From an uncultured Planctomycetota bacterium (GTDB lineage: Bacteria; Planctomycetota; PUPC01): a stretch of 29,034 nt of DNA. The position numbers and the translations under genes were made by a program. The DNA lies in the NCBI GenBank assembly GCA_964466285.1, contig CAYXNI010000002.1, positions 1-29,034 on the forward strand. Direction: 5' to 3'. This document shows positions 16,374 to 26,206 of this stretch, one piece after another (within the stretch, counting starts at the first letter, position 1; every line of letters starts with the position of its first letter). The notes below the pieces were generated by a model. That model worked only from the letters and a program-made list of their open reading frames with translations, did not search any database and was not told where the DNA came from.

Positions 16374-16544
16374 CGCCCGTTCCGGCGTCGCGGCTCCCTG
16401 ATGCCCTGAGCGACTCGTCTGGCGTCTCTCCTGCGCCTTGCGGCGCCGCGGTCTCGCGGCCTCCCGCATCTCCCGAAGCGCAAGCGCGGCTCACCGCTCA
16501 GGCCGCCCTCCGCGTGACCGGACGAAGAATTTCTCAGCCGCCTA

Positions 16545-16573
16545 TTGACCCAGCCTCAGCAGGCGCATATCCT
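16545..16573 (+). promoter_or_regulatory. candidate promoter of the nfeD-flotillin operon (TTGACC-N17-TATCCT)
   Basis: TTGACC is at 16545-16550 and TATCCT at 16568-16573. Confidence 0.3.
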
Positions 16574-16670
16574 ACCGGTAATTCCTGCTCGCCTGTGCGG
16601 AGCCGACACAAGAACAGCACCAAGCCGATGACTCCGTTGGGCGCGGGGCAAACCAGGGAAGGGGCCGACA

Positions 16671-17252
16671 ATGGAGTTGAGTCTGATCTACGCATTGATG
16701 GTTCTGATCCCGGCGCTTCTGCTCGTCATAATGCTTATGGCCGGCGGCGGCGGGGACGTGGACGCCGATACCGACCTGAACGTCGACCTGGACCACGAAG
16801 TGGAGCTTGGCGACACCGGCGGCCCGGGCCCTCTTGGCATCAAACTGATCCTGGCGTTCATCATCGGCTTCGGGCTGGGTGGATTCCTCGGCGTCTATTA
16901 CGAGTGGATATTCCCGCACCTGCTCTCCGGTCTCATCGGCGGAGCCGTGATCTACACCGTCGTTTATCTGCTGTTGAAAGCTCTTTACAGGCAGCAGGCC
17001 AACACTCAGATCAGTGCCGCGTCCCTCGCCGGGTCACGCGGTGTCGTCACCCTCCGGATCGCCAAAGGCGCGGTCGGCGAAATCAGGGCCCTTGACCCCG
17101 GAACCGGCCATAACCTGCACCTGAGGGCCCGGGCAGCCAGCCCGGAACAGGAATTCGCGCCCGGCGAAGAAGTGCTCATAAAATCGGTCGGGATGGGCCT
17201 GGCCCAAGTCGACCGCCCGTCGAGAGCCTCCGGGTCGAGCGACGCCCAGTAA
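16671..17252 (+). CDS. nfeD: NfeD-family membrane protein (short form; OB-fold C-terminal domain), partner of flotillin
   Basis: Two or three N-terminal TM helices are followed by a C-terminal beta-rich domain (GVVTLRIAKGAVGEIRALDPGTGHNLHLRAR). It sits directly upstream of an SPFH/flotillin gene, as in yuaF-yuaG pairs. Confidence 0.6.
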   Translation: MELSLIYALMVLIPALLLVIMLMAGGGGDVDADTDLNVDLDHEVELGDTGGPGPLGIKLILAFIIGFGLGGFLGVYYEWIFPHLLSGLIGGAVIYTVVYLLLKALYRQQANTQISAASLAGSRGVVTLRIAKGAVGEIRALDPGTGHNLHLRARAASPEQEFAPGEEVLIKSVGMGLAQVDRPSRASGSSDAQ

Positions 17253-17280
17253 CCCGTCAAAGGAACAAGGAGGAACACAC

Positions 17281-18702
17281 ATGCCAGTGCTTGTTATCAG
17301 TGCAGTCGTCGTCGGCTTCTTCGCCATCCTGATGCTCTTTGTGAACAACTACCTGAAGGCCGAGCCCAACGAAGCTCTCATCCTCACGGGCCGGAAGTAC
17401 AGTACCCGGATCACGGACAAGAGCGGCCACGAGCAAGTCATCACCCGCGGCTGGCGGGCCATCGTCGGCGGGGCCACGCTCAAGATTCCCGTCATCGAGA
17501 AGGTCAGCCGCCTGTCTCTCGAACTGATGAACCTCGCGGACGTCAAGGTCGTCTCCGCGTACTCGAAGGAAGGCGTCCCCGTCACCATCGACGCCGTGGC
17601 TAACGTCAAGATATCGAGCGAGGAGGAGATGCTCGCCCGCGCCGTCGAGCGGTTCCTCAGCACTCCGCGCCAGCAGATTCACCAGATAATCAAGGAGACA
17701 CTCGAAGGCCAGCTCCGTGACATCATCGGCGTCCTCACTGTCGAAGAGCTCTACCAGAAACGAGACATGTTCGTCAGCAAGGTGCTCGAACAGTCGGGCG
17801 ATGAGCTGGCCAAGATCGGCGTCATCATCGACATCATCAACATCCAGGACATCCGCGACGACCGGGGCTACCTGGAGGCCCTGGGCATCCGCCGCACGTC
17901 CGAGGTGAAGAGAGACGCCGCCATCGGCCAGGCTCTGGCCGAGCGCGACGCCATGCAACAGTCCCAGACGGCCCACCGTGAGGGCCAGGTGGTCAAGGCC
18001 GAGCAGGAGCGCCAGGTCGCCGAGGCCGAGAAGAACCGCGACGTCGCCCGGATGAACTACCGCGGCGAGACCCTGGAGGCAGACAAGAGGGCCGAACAGC
18101 AGGGCCCGCTCTCCCAGGCCAAGGCCCGCCAGGAAGTCGTCCAGGAAGAGCAGCGGGTGCTCGAGGTCGAGCAGCGCGCCAGGATGAAAGTACAGGAGGC
18201 CCGGGCCGGGGCCGAGCAGCAGCGCTACAGGGCCGAGGTGGTCGTCCCCGCAGAGGCCGAGAAGCAGGCGGCGATCCTTCGCGCGGAAGGCGAGGCCGCC
18301 GCCGTCATCAAGCGAAAGGACGCCGAAGCGAAGGGCATCCAGATGGTGCTCACCGGCGAAGCCGAAGGCCTCCGCCAGAAGGCCGATGCCTGGAACCAGT
18401 ACGGCAAAGCCGCCCAGCTCAACCTTATCCTCCAAGCCTTCAAGGCCGTCGCCGCACGCGGAGCCGACGCTATCGGCCAGATAAAGTTCGACAAAGTCGT
18501 CGCCATCGACGGCGGCGGGGACAAAGCCGGCGACAGCGCCGTCAGCCGCCTGATGACCGCTGCCCCCGGCGCATTGCTCCGGTTCACCGAGCAGTTGAAG
18601 GGCATGACGGGCATTGACCTCGAAAAGCACCTCAAAGACGTGCTCGAACAAAAAGAAGACAAGCCCAGGGCGCCGAAAGAGGCAGCCGACAAGACCACCT
18701 GA
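17281..18702 (+). CDS. flotillin-like SPFH/band-7 domain protein
   Basis: An N-terminal TM helix is followed by an SPFH domain and a long Ala/Glu/Gln-rich coiled-coil region (EAEKQAAILRAEGEAAAVIKRKDAEAKG), typical of bacterial flotillins. Confidence 0.8.
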   Translation: MPVLVISAVVVGFFAILMLFVNNYLKAEPNEALILTGRKYSTRITDKSGHEQVITRGWRAIVGGATLKIPVIEKVSRLSLELMNLADVKVVSAYSKEGVPVTIDAVANVKISSEEEMLARAVERFLSTPRQQIHQIIKETLEGQLRDIIGVLTVEELYQKRDMFVSKVLEQSGDELAKIGVIIDIINIQDIRDDRGYLEALGIRRTSEVKRDAAIGQALAERDAMQQSQTAHREGQVVKAEQERQVAEAEKNRDVARMNYRGETLEADKRAEQQGPLSQAKARQEVVQEEQRVLEVEQRARMKVQEARAGAEQQRYRAEVVVPAEAEKQAAILRAEGEAAAVIKRKDAEAKGIQMVLTGEAEGLRQKADAWNQYGKAAQLNLILQAFKAVAARGADAIGQIKFDKVVAIDGGGDKAGDSAVSRLMTAAPGALLRFTEQLKGMTGIDLEKHLKDVLEQKEDKPRAPKEAADKTT

Positions 18703-18844
18703 GCTCCCGAGCGCGCCCGCTCCGGCGCCCGCAGGCGCCCAGCAAGAGAAGCCTGACGGCGGAACCGCTGTTTTCTTGCCGGAATATCCCCGCGCGGACG
18801 GTATAATCCTGCGGTGAGAAACAAGCCTGCAGGAGGGTGAGGTC

Positions 18845-19771
18845 GTGAGGCATTGGGTCTTGCTGTCGGTCGTGGGCCTTGTCTTTCTCCCGGCCCTTGC
18901 GTCGGGCGACACACTCCGCCTGGCCAACAGCGGCAAGGTCGCCGGAACCATCACCGAGCTGAAGCTCAAGATCGGCCCGCTCGAAAAGGCCTTCTCGCGC
19001 GACGGCATCCGCTCCATCACGTTCGACAAGACATCGTGTCAGGTCATCGGCTCGGACGGGACAAAGTACATCGGCAGCCTCGATTCCGTCGCCATCCGAT
19101 CCGGCGCGGGAGAGTTGAACTTCGACGGCAACTCGGTGAGGGGCGTCGAGTTGGAGACCGAAGCCGGCAAGCCCGTGGAAGAGCCCCCGGCAGCCCCGCC
19201 CGCCGAGTTGCCTCCGACGGTGGTCCATGAGAACCGGATGCCGGAGGCTCCGCCTCCGCCGCTATCACCCGAACAGAAGAGGAGGTTCCAGGGCCTCCTC
19301 AAGAAGGCATCGGAGCTGCGGGACGGCGCCCTGGCACAGATCAGCCAGGCGGCCGGGGCCGAGTATGCCGTCATCAAGAAGGAGTACCTGGACAAGTGGA
19401 AGACCGCCTGCGCAGACATGGAGGCGCGGCGAAAGGAATACGCCAAGTACGCGGACAAGATGGCCGGCCCGGCCGACAACCAGCGGGATATCGGCACACG
19501 CGGCCTGGGGATCGGAATCGCGCAGTCCCGGACCGTCATCCCCCTGACCGGCCCGGGCGCGGACGCATACAAGGAGTACATGGCTGCCCTGGAGCGACGG
19601 GACAAGCTGGCGTCCGAAATCCGCGCCCGCCAGGCCACCGTCGACGAGAGGGCCGCCCTGCGCCGCGACCGCGTCCGTTCGTACTATTTCGCCATCTACC
19701 GGCAGCTCACCGCCGGCAAAGAGGTCCCCGTGGACGCCATGGGAAAGATTTTCGAGAAAGCCCTGAAATAG
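18845..19771 (+). CDS. secreted hypothetical protein (signal peptide, Pro-rich linker, coiled-coil C-terminal half)
   Basis: A GTG start at 18845 is preceded by AGGAGGG. The N-terminus VRHWVLLSVVGLVFLPALASG is signal-peptide-like. No domain was recognised. It lies 142 nt downstream of flotillin on the same strand. Confidence 0.5.
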   Translation: MRHWVLLSVVGLVFLPALASGDTLRLANSGKVAGTITELKLKIGPLEKAFSRDGIRSITFDKTSCQVIGSDGTKYIGSLDSVAIRSGAGELNFDGNSVRGVELETEAGKPVEEPPAAPPAELPPTVVHENRMPEAPPPPLSPEQKRRFQGLLKKASELRDGALAQISQAAGAEYAVIKKEYLDKWKTACADMEARRKEYAKYADKMAGPADNQRDIGTRGLGIGIAQSRTVIPLTGPGADAYKEYMAALERRDKLASEIRARQATVDERAALRRDRVRSYYFAIYRQLTAGKEVPVDAMGKIFEKALK

Positions 19772-19777
19772 CGCCGC

Positions 19778-20881
19778 TCACCAGTTGAACTCGTACTGGG
19801 TGAGACACAACTCCCGCTGCATGGTCTTCAGTTCCTGTTGAAGCGTTTCGCCCACCGGCACGCCGTCCTGTCTCCGGACCTTCTCGATCTCGTATTCCTT
19901 TTCCCCCGCGGTCCAGATCCGCTCCTGTCCGAGCGCCCTCTTCGAGTCGCGCAGCGTGCGGCAAATCGCCCCGGCGGCCGCGCGGAATATATCAGGCTCT
20001 ATGAAATGTGCGATGTCGATCGCAAGGAAGAAGTGCCCCAGTCCGTACGGCACCCGCGAGCCGTCCTTCCAGCCGAGTAGCGCCCTGGTGTGGTTGCCCC
20101 CCTGGAGCGCGGCCGACAGGATCTCGACCATCGTCGAGTATCCGTACCCCTTGTGCCCGCCCAGAAGCTCCCCGGTCCCGCCGAGGGGCAGGAGTGCGGC
20201 CGTTCCCGCCACGAGGTCCTTGAGCAGGTCGGCCGTGTCGGTGTGCGCGTCGCCCTCGCTGTCGATCGCCCAGCCCTCGGGCGTGGGCTTGTTCTCGCGC
20301 GCGAGCACCTCGATTTTGCCCCGCTGCGTGATGCTAGTCGCGCAGTCGATGACGAACGGGAATGGTTCGTCGGTCGGGCAGCCGAACGTGATGGGGTTCG
20401 TCCCGAGGAGCGGCTCGACCCCGAACGTCGGAGCGACGCTCGGCCGCGCGTTCGTCATCGTCAGCCCCGCCATTTCTTCGCGGGTGGCCATAAGGGCGTA
20501 GTAGCCGGCGATGCCGTAGTGCGTCGAGTTGCGGACGGCGACGGCCCCGAGGCCGTACGTCCGGGCCTTCTCGATGGCCATGCGCATCGAGCGGACGCCG
20601 ATCACGTGGCCCATCCCGTGTCCGCCGTCGACCACGGCCGTCGCACCGCGGTCGCTCACCACCCGGAAATCCGTCTTTGCGCGCTGGATGCCCGCCCTGA
20701 TGCGGTCGTAATACATCTTCAGCCGGCCGACCCCGTGCGACTCGATGCCTCGGAGGTCGGAGGCGATGAGGACGCCGGCGCAGACGTCCGAGTCCTCGGC
20801 TGGCACCCCAAGTCCGACGAACACGTCCATCATGAAGCGACGCAGCGTCTCGATCGGCACGTAAACGGTGTTGGCGGTCAT
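19778..20881 (-). CDS. Ldh_2 family oxidoreductase (malate/L-lactate/sulfolactate dehydrogenase-like)
   Basis: 367 aa from the ATG at 20881, which is preceded by GAGGAAAAG. The motifs HGVGRLKMY and HYGIAGYYA and the family-typical length fit PF02615-type enzymes. Confidence 0.7.
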   Translation of the reverse strand: MTANTVYVPIETLRRFMMDVFVGLGVPAEDSDVCAGVLIASDLRGIESHGVGRLKMYYDRIRAGIQRAKTDFRVVSDRGATAVVDGGHGMGHVIGVRSMRMAIEKARTYGLGAVAVRNSTHYGIAGYYALMATREEMAGLTMTNARPSVAPTFGVEPLLGTNPITFGCPTDEPFPFVIDCATSITQRGKIEVLARENKPTPEGWAIDSEGDAHTDTADLLKDLVAGTAALLPLGGTGELLGGHKGYGYSTMVEILSAALQGGNHTRALLGWKDGSRVPYGLGHFFLAIDIAHFIEPDIFRAAAGAICRTLRDSKRALGQERIWTAGEKEYEIEKVRRQDGVPVGETLQQELKTMQRELCLTQYEFNW

Positions 20882-20919
20882 TCTTTTCCTCGGAACCAAA
20901 AGGGTCGGTGCGGATGGCT

Positions 20920-20947
20920 AGTATACCTGTCTGTTTCGCTTCTGCAA
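20920..20947 (-). promoter_or_regulatory. candidate promoter of the Ldh_2-family gene (TTGCAG-N16-TATACT)
   Basis: On the minus strand the -35 element is at 20947..20942 and the -10 element at 20925..20920. Confidence 0.3.
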
Positions 20948-21097
20948 GATGGGGCGGCGGGCCGGGTGGACATCAACAGTCCGAGCAGGGGCGATGTCGC
21001 GCGGCAAAGCCGGCACCCGATGGCAGGGGCGGTTCAGGAACCGCTCCTACGGGCCGTGCGCGCGTCTGCAATATCGCCTCCTCCCGGTCCGGCGGCT

Positions 21098-21126
21098 TTG
21101 CACGGTTGTCGCGCTGCTGGTAGAAT
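21098..21126 (+). promoter_or_regulatory. candidate promoter of ygiQ (TTGCAC-N17-TAGAAT), only 6 nt upstream of the annotated ATG
   Basis: TTGCAC is at 21098-21103 and TAGAAT at 21121-21126, with the ATG at 21133. This implies a leaderless or near-leaderless transcript, or the true start is the internal Met at ~21190. Confidence 0.3.
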
Positions 21127-21132
21127 GAGGGC

Positions 21133-22944
21133 ATGAAGAATCGCCCGGCGAAAGCGGCCCCGGAAGCCGATCTGCGCTCGTTTCTGCCGATGACCCGCGC
21201 CGAGATGGCCGCACGCGGATGGGACGAGCTTGACATCCTGCTCGTGAGCGCCGACGCGTACGTGGACCATCCCGCCTTCGGCGTCGCCCTGATCGGCCGG
21301 CACCTCGAATCGAAAGGCTTTCGCGTCGGGATCATCGCGCAGCCGGACTGGCATGCCCCGAGGTCAGTCACGACGCTCGGTCGCCCGCTTCTCTTTGCCG
21401 GCGTGGGAGGCGGCGCGGTCGACTCGATGCTGAACCTGTACACGGCCAACAAGAAGCGGCGGTCAACCGATGACTACTCGCCCGGCGGCCGGAACGACCG
21501 GCGGCCGGCCCGCGCGACGATCGTCTACGCGAACCTGCTGCACCAGGCGTTCCCCGGCCTGCCCGTCGTGATCGGCGGGGTGGAGGCGAGCCTCCGCCGC
21601 CTCGCCCATTACGACTACTGGGACGACCGCGTCCGCTCCTCGATCCTGCTTAGCAGCGGCGTCGACCTGCTCGTCTACGGCATGGGCGAGCGGGCAATTC
21701 TCGAGGCCGCCCGCCGGCTCAGGAGCGGCGCACGAAGCGGGCTCCGCTTCATCCCAGGCACCGCGTTCGCCGGGACGGAGTCCGGCCTGCCCGGCCCTGA
21801 GCGGACGACGTGGGCGCCGTCGCGCGAGGACATCGAGCAGGACGCCGGGAAACTGATCGAGGCGACGCGCCTGGCGCTTGAGCACGCGGCGCCCGGCTCC
21901 CGAAACTACCTCGCCCAGCGCGACGGCCGCCAGCTCGTCATCGTGACCGAGCCGCAGCGGCCGCTCGCGACGGCCGAGCTCGACGCGCTGTACGAGCTGC
22001 CGTTCACGCGGCGGGCGCATTTCACGTACGAGGAGCCGGTGCCGGCGCTCGAGCCGGTGCGGTTTTCGATCACCGTGCACCGCGGCTGCTACGGCGGCTG
22101 CACGTTCTGCGGGCTGGGCCTGCACCAGGGCAAGGTCATCCAGTCGCGGTCGGTCGGGTCCATCCTCCGCGAGATCGCCAGGCTCAGCGAAATGCCGGGC
22201 TTCAAGGGCGTCATCACGGACCTGGGCGGGCCGACGGCGAACATGTACGGGACGGGCTGCAGGAGGTTAAACACGAAATCCGAAGCTCGAAATCCCAAAC
22301 AAATTCAAAATTCGAATGACCGAAATGCAAAACAACTCGGCAACGGCACGGCGCCAGTGTGCAAGCGCACAAGTTGCCTGTACCCGAAGCCGTGCGCAAA
22401 CCTCGAGACGAGCCACAAGGCGTTGCTCCGCATGCTTGAAGCGGTCCGAGCAGCGCCGGGCGTGAAGCGTGCGTTTATCGCGTCGGGCGTGCGCCACGAC
22501 CTCGCACTGCTTGACCCGCGCTATATCGGCGAGCTGGCCGCGCACCACACCGGCGGGCACCTGAGCGTCGCGCCCGAGCACAGCGTCAGCCGCGTGCTGA
22601 GGCTGATGGGCAAGCCGGGCATCGGGGTGTTCGAGAAGTTCCGCGAGCGGTTCGCGGCCGCCAGCCGGGCGGCGGGCAAGGAGCAGTACCTGGTCCCCTA
22701 CCTGATCTCCAGCTTCCCCGGCTGCAGCGAGGCCGACATGACCGAGTTGCGCGACTACCTCCGCAAGACCGGGCTGCGGACCCACCAGGTGCAGGACTTC
22801 ACGCCCACGCCTGGAACGATGGCCTCGGCAATGTACTACAGCGGGCGGAGCCAGACAGGCGAACGCATCCCGGTCGCGCGAACTTCCCGCTCCCGGCGGA
22901 TCCAGCAGTCCTACCTCAAAAGACCTGCGAAGGCGCGCCGGTGA
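21133..22944 (+). CDS. ygiQ: YgiQ-family (UPF0313) radical SAM protein with an AT-rich in-frame insertion
   Basis: It carries the N-terminal YgiQ domain ([33 protein letters not shown]), the radical-SAM cluster motif CYGGCTFC, and the C-terminal cysteine motif [15 protein letters not shown]. Confidence 0.8.
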   Translation: MKNRPAKAAPEADLRSFLPMTRAEMAARGWDELDILLVSADAYVDHPAFGVALIGRHLESKGFRVGIIAQPDWHAPRSVTTLGRPLLFAGVGGGAVDSMLNLYTANKKRRSTDDYSPGGRNDRRPARATIVYANLLHQAFPGLPVVIGGVEASLRRLAHYDYWDDRVRSSILLSSGVDLLVYGMGERAILEAARRLRSGARSGLRFIPGTAFAGTESGLPGPERTTWAPSREDIEQDAGKLIEATRLALEHAAPGSRNYLAQRDGRQLVIVTEPQRPLATAELDALYELPFTRRAHFTYEEPVPALEPVRFSITVHRGCYGGCTFCGLGLHQGKVIQSRSVGSILREIARLSEMPGFKGVITDLGGPTANMYGTGCRRLNTKSEARNPKQIQNSNDRNAKQLGNGTAPVCKRTSCLYPKPCANLETSHKALLRMLEAVRAAPGVKRAFIASGVRHDLALLDPRYIGELAAHHTGGHLSVAPEHSVSRVLRLMGKPGIGVFEKFRERFAAASRAAGKEQYLVPYLISSFPGCSEADMTELRDYLRKTGLRTHQVQDFTPTPGTMASAMYYSGRSQTGERIPVARTSRSRRIQQSYLKRPAKARR

Positions 22945-22962
22945 CGACGGTCCCGGCAGCTT

Positions 22963-23389
22963 TCAGCCCTGGTCCCCTTCGCTTTGGTCTTTCTGCCGCA
23001 GGGAGCGGATCAGGGAGTAGAGGAAGACGCCCAGGATCACCGCCCAGCAGCCACGACTCGATGTACACGTAATAGATGAAGATGACAATCGGGCCGAAGA
23101 TCCCGATGACGCCGCAATACTTGATGAAGCGGTTCTTGTTCCACATCGTGTGGAACATGCCCGGGGCGGTGCTGTGGCCGAACCCGCCGCCCACCCGGCC
23201 GATGGTCCATTCCACCCACATGAGCGGCAGGCCGAGGAGCAGCAAGGAAACGAAGTAGGGGATAAGGAACGCGCCGCCGCCGTTGACCGCGCACTTGCCG
23301 GGGAAGCGCAGGAAGTTTCCGAGGCCGACCGCGCTGCCCGCCACGGCCAGAATGATGCCCAGCCGACTTCCCCACTTTTCTCTGGCCAC
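22963..23389 (-). pseudogene. remnant of a neurotransmitter:sodium symporter (NSS/SLC6, LeuT-like) gene with a large internal deletion
   Basis: Its first ~110 aa, [30 protein letters not shown]...[10 protein letters not shown]...IYYVYIESW, match LeuT TM1-TM3 closely. The frame then degenerates near 23045-23060. A different frame ends ...[26 protein letters not shown], resembling an NSS C-terminal helix and tail. Only ~430 bp exist between the flanking genes, against ~1.4-1.5 kb for an intact NSS gene. Confidence 0.55.
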
Positions 23390-23465
23390 CCCAGCCTCCC
23401 GGAATCGCGGGGGTATGCTCGCGAACGTGGATTCAGGCGACCGAAGCGGGCCGGCTCGAAACCCG

Positions 23466-26192
23466 TCAGAACTCGGGCGGCGGCTCCTTAGTCACGGGGG
23501 CGGAGCCTCCTTTCCCAGGCGCGGGCGCTTCCTTCTCAGGAGCCGGAGCCTCCTTCTCAGGAGCGGGCTCTTCTTTCTCAGGAGCGAGCTCTTCTTTCCC
23601 TGGTGCAGGAGCTTCTGGCAAGACTGACTCGGCGGCCTCCTGCCGGTTGATCAACTTCTCAAGATTGGACGGCGGAATGGCCGCCCCCTTCAGCTTCTCG
23701 GCCGCGAACGTCCGCAGGTCCACGTTTCCGCTCTTCTGGATCTCCTCCATCAACGCCACCACGTCGGGCGGCGTCGGCGTGCCCGGGCTCATCATCGAGC
23801 CGATAGCCTCAATGCAGGCGTTCCGCTCGGCGGGCGGCGTCGCACCGGCGTGGAAGATGTCAATGAGCCGCGGGATGAGCGCCGTGGCTCCGGCCTTCCC
23901 GAGCGCCGCCGTCGCGATGACCCGGACGTGCGGGTCGGCGCTGTCCAGAGCGCCGGTCAGCGGCTCCTTGATCGCGGCGAGATGCGGGGAGAACGGCGAG
24001 CCGGACCGCGGGATCTCGGCGATGGCGTCTGCACCCATGCGCGCGTACTGGACGGACACATCCCTGCCTTCGCCGGATGTCCGCGACCCGAGAATGGCCT
24101 TCGCAATCTGGCCGGTGATCTGCTCCTCTCCTGACTTCAGCGAGAACACGCCCGCTGCCTGGTCTCCGTACGTCTGCCGGGCGACCGAGGTGTCCTCTTC
24201 GCCCGTGAACACCAACACCGGAACGGAGCCCGTGACGGGGTCTTTTTGCAGGGCGCTGATGGCGTCGGACATCTCGCTATCGGCAATGATCAGGTCTTTC
24301 GGAGGCAGTGAGCGCGCAGCGGACACCGCGGCGTCCGGGCTGCCGGCCGAGTAAGCGGTGTGGCCGGCGTTGCGCACGATCTCCCGCAGCAGATTCACGG
24401 TCTGGTCATCTTTGCCCACGATCAGAACGGTTGATACGCCCCTCTCGGTGACGGCTTGGCCTAGGACCTCGACCACCGTCTTGGACGAGGCGAAATCTGT
24501 GACGGGCCGGACCCGGACGAGCGTCGCCGCCGCGCTGTATCGCACGCCCTTGTCCCGGTTCCCGAGCGCCATGATCAGCGGGTTGTCCTGCAACAGAGGG
24601 GCCGATTCCTTCTTCTTCTCCATCACACTTTCGGCCTCGGCCTCGGCCTCCCGGCGTTCCATCATCTGCCGGCGCGCCGTGTCGATCAGATAGTTGAGCG
24701 TCTCGCGTTCCGCCGGGTTCACCTCACGCGCGGGCGCGGACTTGGGCGTCGTAACCTTTTTCTCCGCTTCGACCTTTCCGGGGAACAGGGCCGCCACGTC
24801 GATCTCGACGCGCGGACGCGACGCTGGCGCGTCCGCCGGAAGTCGAGGTGCACGCTCTCCCGATGACGACGACGCCCGCTCGGTCCGCGGCGTGACGATG
24901 ATGACGGACGGCCTCAGCGGCGCGAACATCTCGGGCGGAGTCGAATAGACGTTGAGCTCGGGGCTGGCGGTCACTGCCAGGTCCCCGATAACAGCCGTAG
25001 CCAGCGCCGGGTCCTGATCGTGGAGCTGCAGGCTGAGCGCGCGGTAAAAATGCTTCTCGCCAGAAGACCGCAAGGTAAGCAGGACGTCCCGCACCCTGGC
25101 CACCCGTGCGAGCAGCTCGCGTTCCTCGAGTTCCGAGAGTTTCATCTCCGGCATGGTTCGGCCCATTTCCAGCCGCCGCTCGACAAGGCTGATCTCCTTG
25201 TGATACGTGCTGATAAGGTACGGCAGCACCGGGTCATAATCCGGGTTGGTCTGGAGAGCATCGACCAGCACGTTGCGTGCCATGGACACGTTGTAAAGGA
25301 AATCGGGCACAATCTGGATGACGAGCCGCTTTTCATCCGCAGACCAGTTCCAAATGGCATGGCCGAACCGGCTGGACCGTCGGACGGAGGGGTCGCCGTA
25401 GTAGTATAGCCGCGCGAGGTGGAACAGTGCGGCCTCGGGGGCCGAGTCGGGCACGACCGCATACCGGCGGATCTTGTTCAGGGCGATCTGAGCGACGGAA
25501 CGGACGGACTCCTTCGTGTCGCTCTTGGCGGCGCGGACAAGGTAGGGCACCGCCAGCGGGTCTCCGATCTGGCCCAGGATGAAGCAGATGTCTTGCCGGA
25601 GGGGCATGCTGTCGGACCGCAGCGCAGCGGCCAGAGGCAGAACAGCTTCTTCGCCGATGCGAATGAGCGCGACCGTCGCCCGAACCCGGTACTCTTCGTA
25701 ATCCGGGGCGTCGGTGACGAGGAGCCGCTGAACGAGCGGCGGGACGGCGTTGCGGCCGGCGCTCGTCAGTTCGATGTAGATCCGGGCCCGCTCTTCGTAC
25801 TCGCTGGTGCCAAGCCGCTTGACCAGCTCGGCGATCCGCTCCTTGTCGCTCAACCGGATCTTCTCGGCCTCCGCCGCCAGTTCGAGCAGCTTGAACACGT
25901 TGGCGCGCATCTCGGGCGTGCCTTTGGTCACAGCCTGCAAATAGAATTGAATGTCGGCCATGTCCCGAAGCTCCAGCGCCTCGGCGGAGGCCGGGCTGAG
26001 TTTCAGCACTTCTTCGAGCTGTGTCGCCGCCTCCCGGTACTGCTCGTTCTCGAACGCTTTGACGGCGTCGGCGAAGTGCCGCTTCATCTGCTGGATGCGT
26101 TCGTCCGTCTCCTGGGCGCGAGCGACGCACGCGAAAGCGAGAACACAGACAACGCCCAGGCCGGCCCATTTGCGGTTAAGCGGTGCGGTCAC
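23466..26192 (-). CDS. large signal-peptide protein with TPR-like N-terminus, HEAT (PBS-lyase-like) repeats, an embedded CheY-like receiver-like domain and a C-terminal Pro/Glu/Lys-rich repeat tail
   Basis: 908 aa. The N-terminus [28 protein letters not shown] has an AxA motif. HEAT-like repeats are present ([16 protein letters not shown]..., [15 protein letters not shown]). A REC-like segment reads TVLIVGKDD...[11 protein letters not shown]...PVLVFTGEE...FSLKSG. The C-terminus reads [25 protein letters not shown]. Confidence 0.6.
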   Translation of the reverse strand: MTAPLNRKWAGLGVVCVLAFACVARAQETDERIQQMKRHFADAVKAFENEQYREAATQLEEVLKLSPASAEALELRDMADIQFYLQAVTKGTPEMRANVFKLLELAAEAEKIRLSDKERIAELVKRLGTSEYEERARIYIELTSAGRNAVPPLVQRLLVTDAPDYEEYRVRATVALIRIGEEAVLPLAAALRSDSMPLRQDICFILGQIGDPLAVPYLVRAAKSDTKESVRSVAQIALNKIRRYAVVPDSAPEAALFHLARLYYYGDPSVRRSSRFGHAIWNWSADEKRLVIQIVPDFLYNVSMARNVLVDALQTNPDYDPVLPYLISTYHKEISLVERRLEMGRTMPEMKLSELEERELLARVARVRDVLLTLRSSGEKHFYRALSLQLHDQDPALATAVIGDLAVTASPELNVYSTPPEMFAPLRPSVIIVTPRTERASSSSGERAPRLPADAPASRPRVEIDVAALFPGKVEAEKKVTTPKSAPAREVNPAERETLNYLIDTARRQMMERREAEAEAESVMEKKKESAPLLQDNPLIMALGNRDKGVRYSAAATLVRVRPVTDFASSKTVVEVLGQAVTERGVSTVLIVGKDDQTVNLLREIVRNAGHTAYSAGSPDAAVSAARSLPPKDLIIADSEMSDAISALQKDPVTGSVPVLVFTGEEDTSVARQTYGDQAAGVFSLKSGEEQITGQIAKAILGSRTSGEGRDVSVQYARMGADAIAEIPRSGSPFSPHLAAIKEPLTGALDSADPHVRVIATAALGKAGATALIPRLIDIFHAGATPPAERNACIEAIGSMMSPGTPTPPDVVALMEEIQKSGNVDLRTFAAEKLKGAAIPPSNLEKLINRQEAAESVLPEAPAPGKEELAPEKEEPAPEKEAPAPEKEAPAPGKGGSAPVTKEPPPEF
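23510..23612. repeat. tandem ~21-bp DNA repeats (x4) encoding the PEKEAPA repeat tail
   Basis: The motif (C)TTCTCAGGAGC recurs at 23533, 23554 and 23575 (with 1-2 substitutions in the second and third copies), with a diverged copy at ~23596. Confidence 0.6.
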
Positions 26193-26206
26193 GGTTCGTC
26201 CTCCAC

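Noticed and set aside
16370-17095. 241-aa plus-strand ORF overlapping the nfeD promoter and the nfeD gene in another frame
   Set aside because: It has an Arg-rich low-complexity composition, overlaps a better-supported gene and a promoter, and lacks a ribosome-binding site.
17257-19029. 590-aa minus-strand ORF opposite the flotillin gene
   Set aside because: It is an antisense artefact in GC-rich coding DNA. The flotillin frame has clear SPFH and coiled-coil features.
19777-19804. Inverted repeat CTCACCAGT-N9-ACTGGGTGAG at the convergent junction of the secreted-protein gene and the Ldh_2 gene, as a bidirectional terminator
   Set aside because: The stem lies inside the last codons of the Ldh_2 gene and has no flanking T or A run on either side. 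The evidence is too weak to call a terminator.
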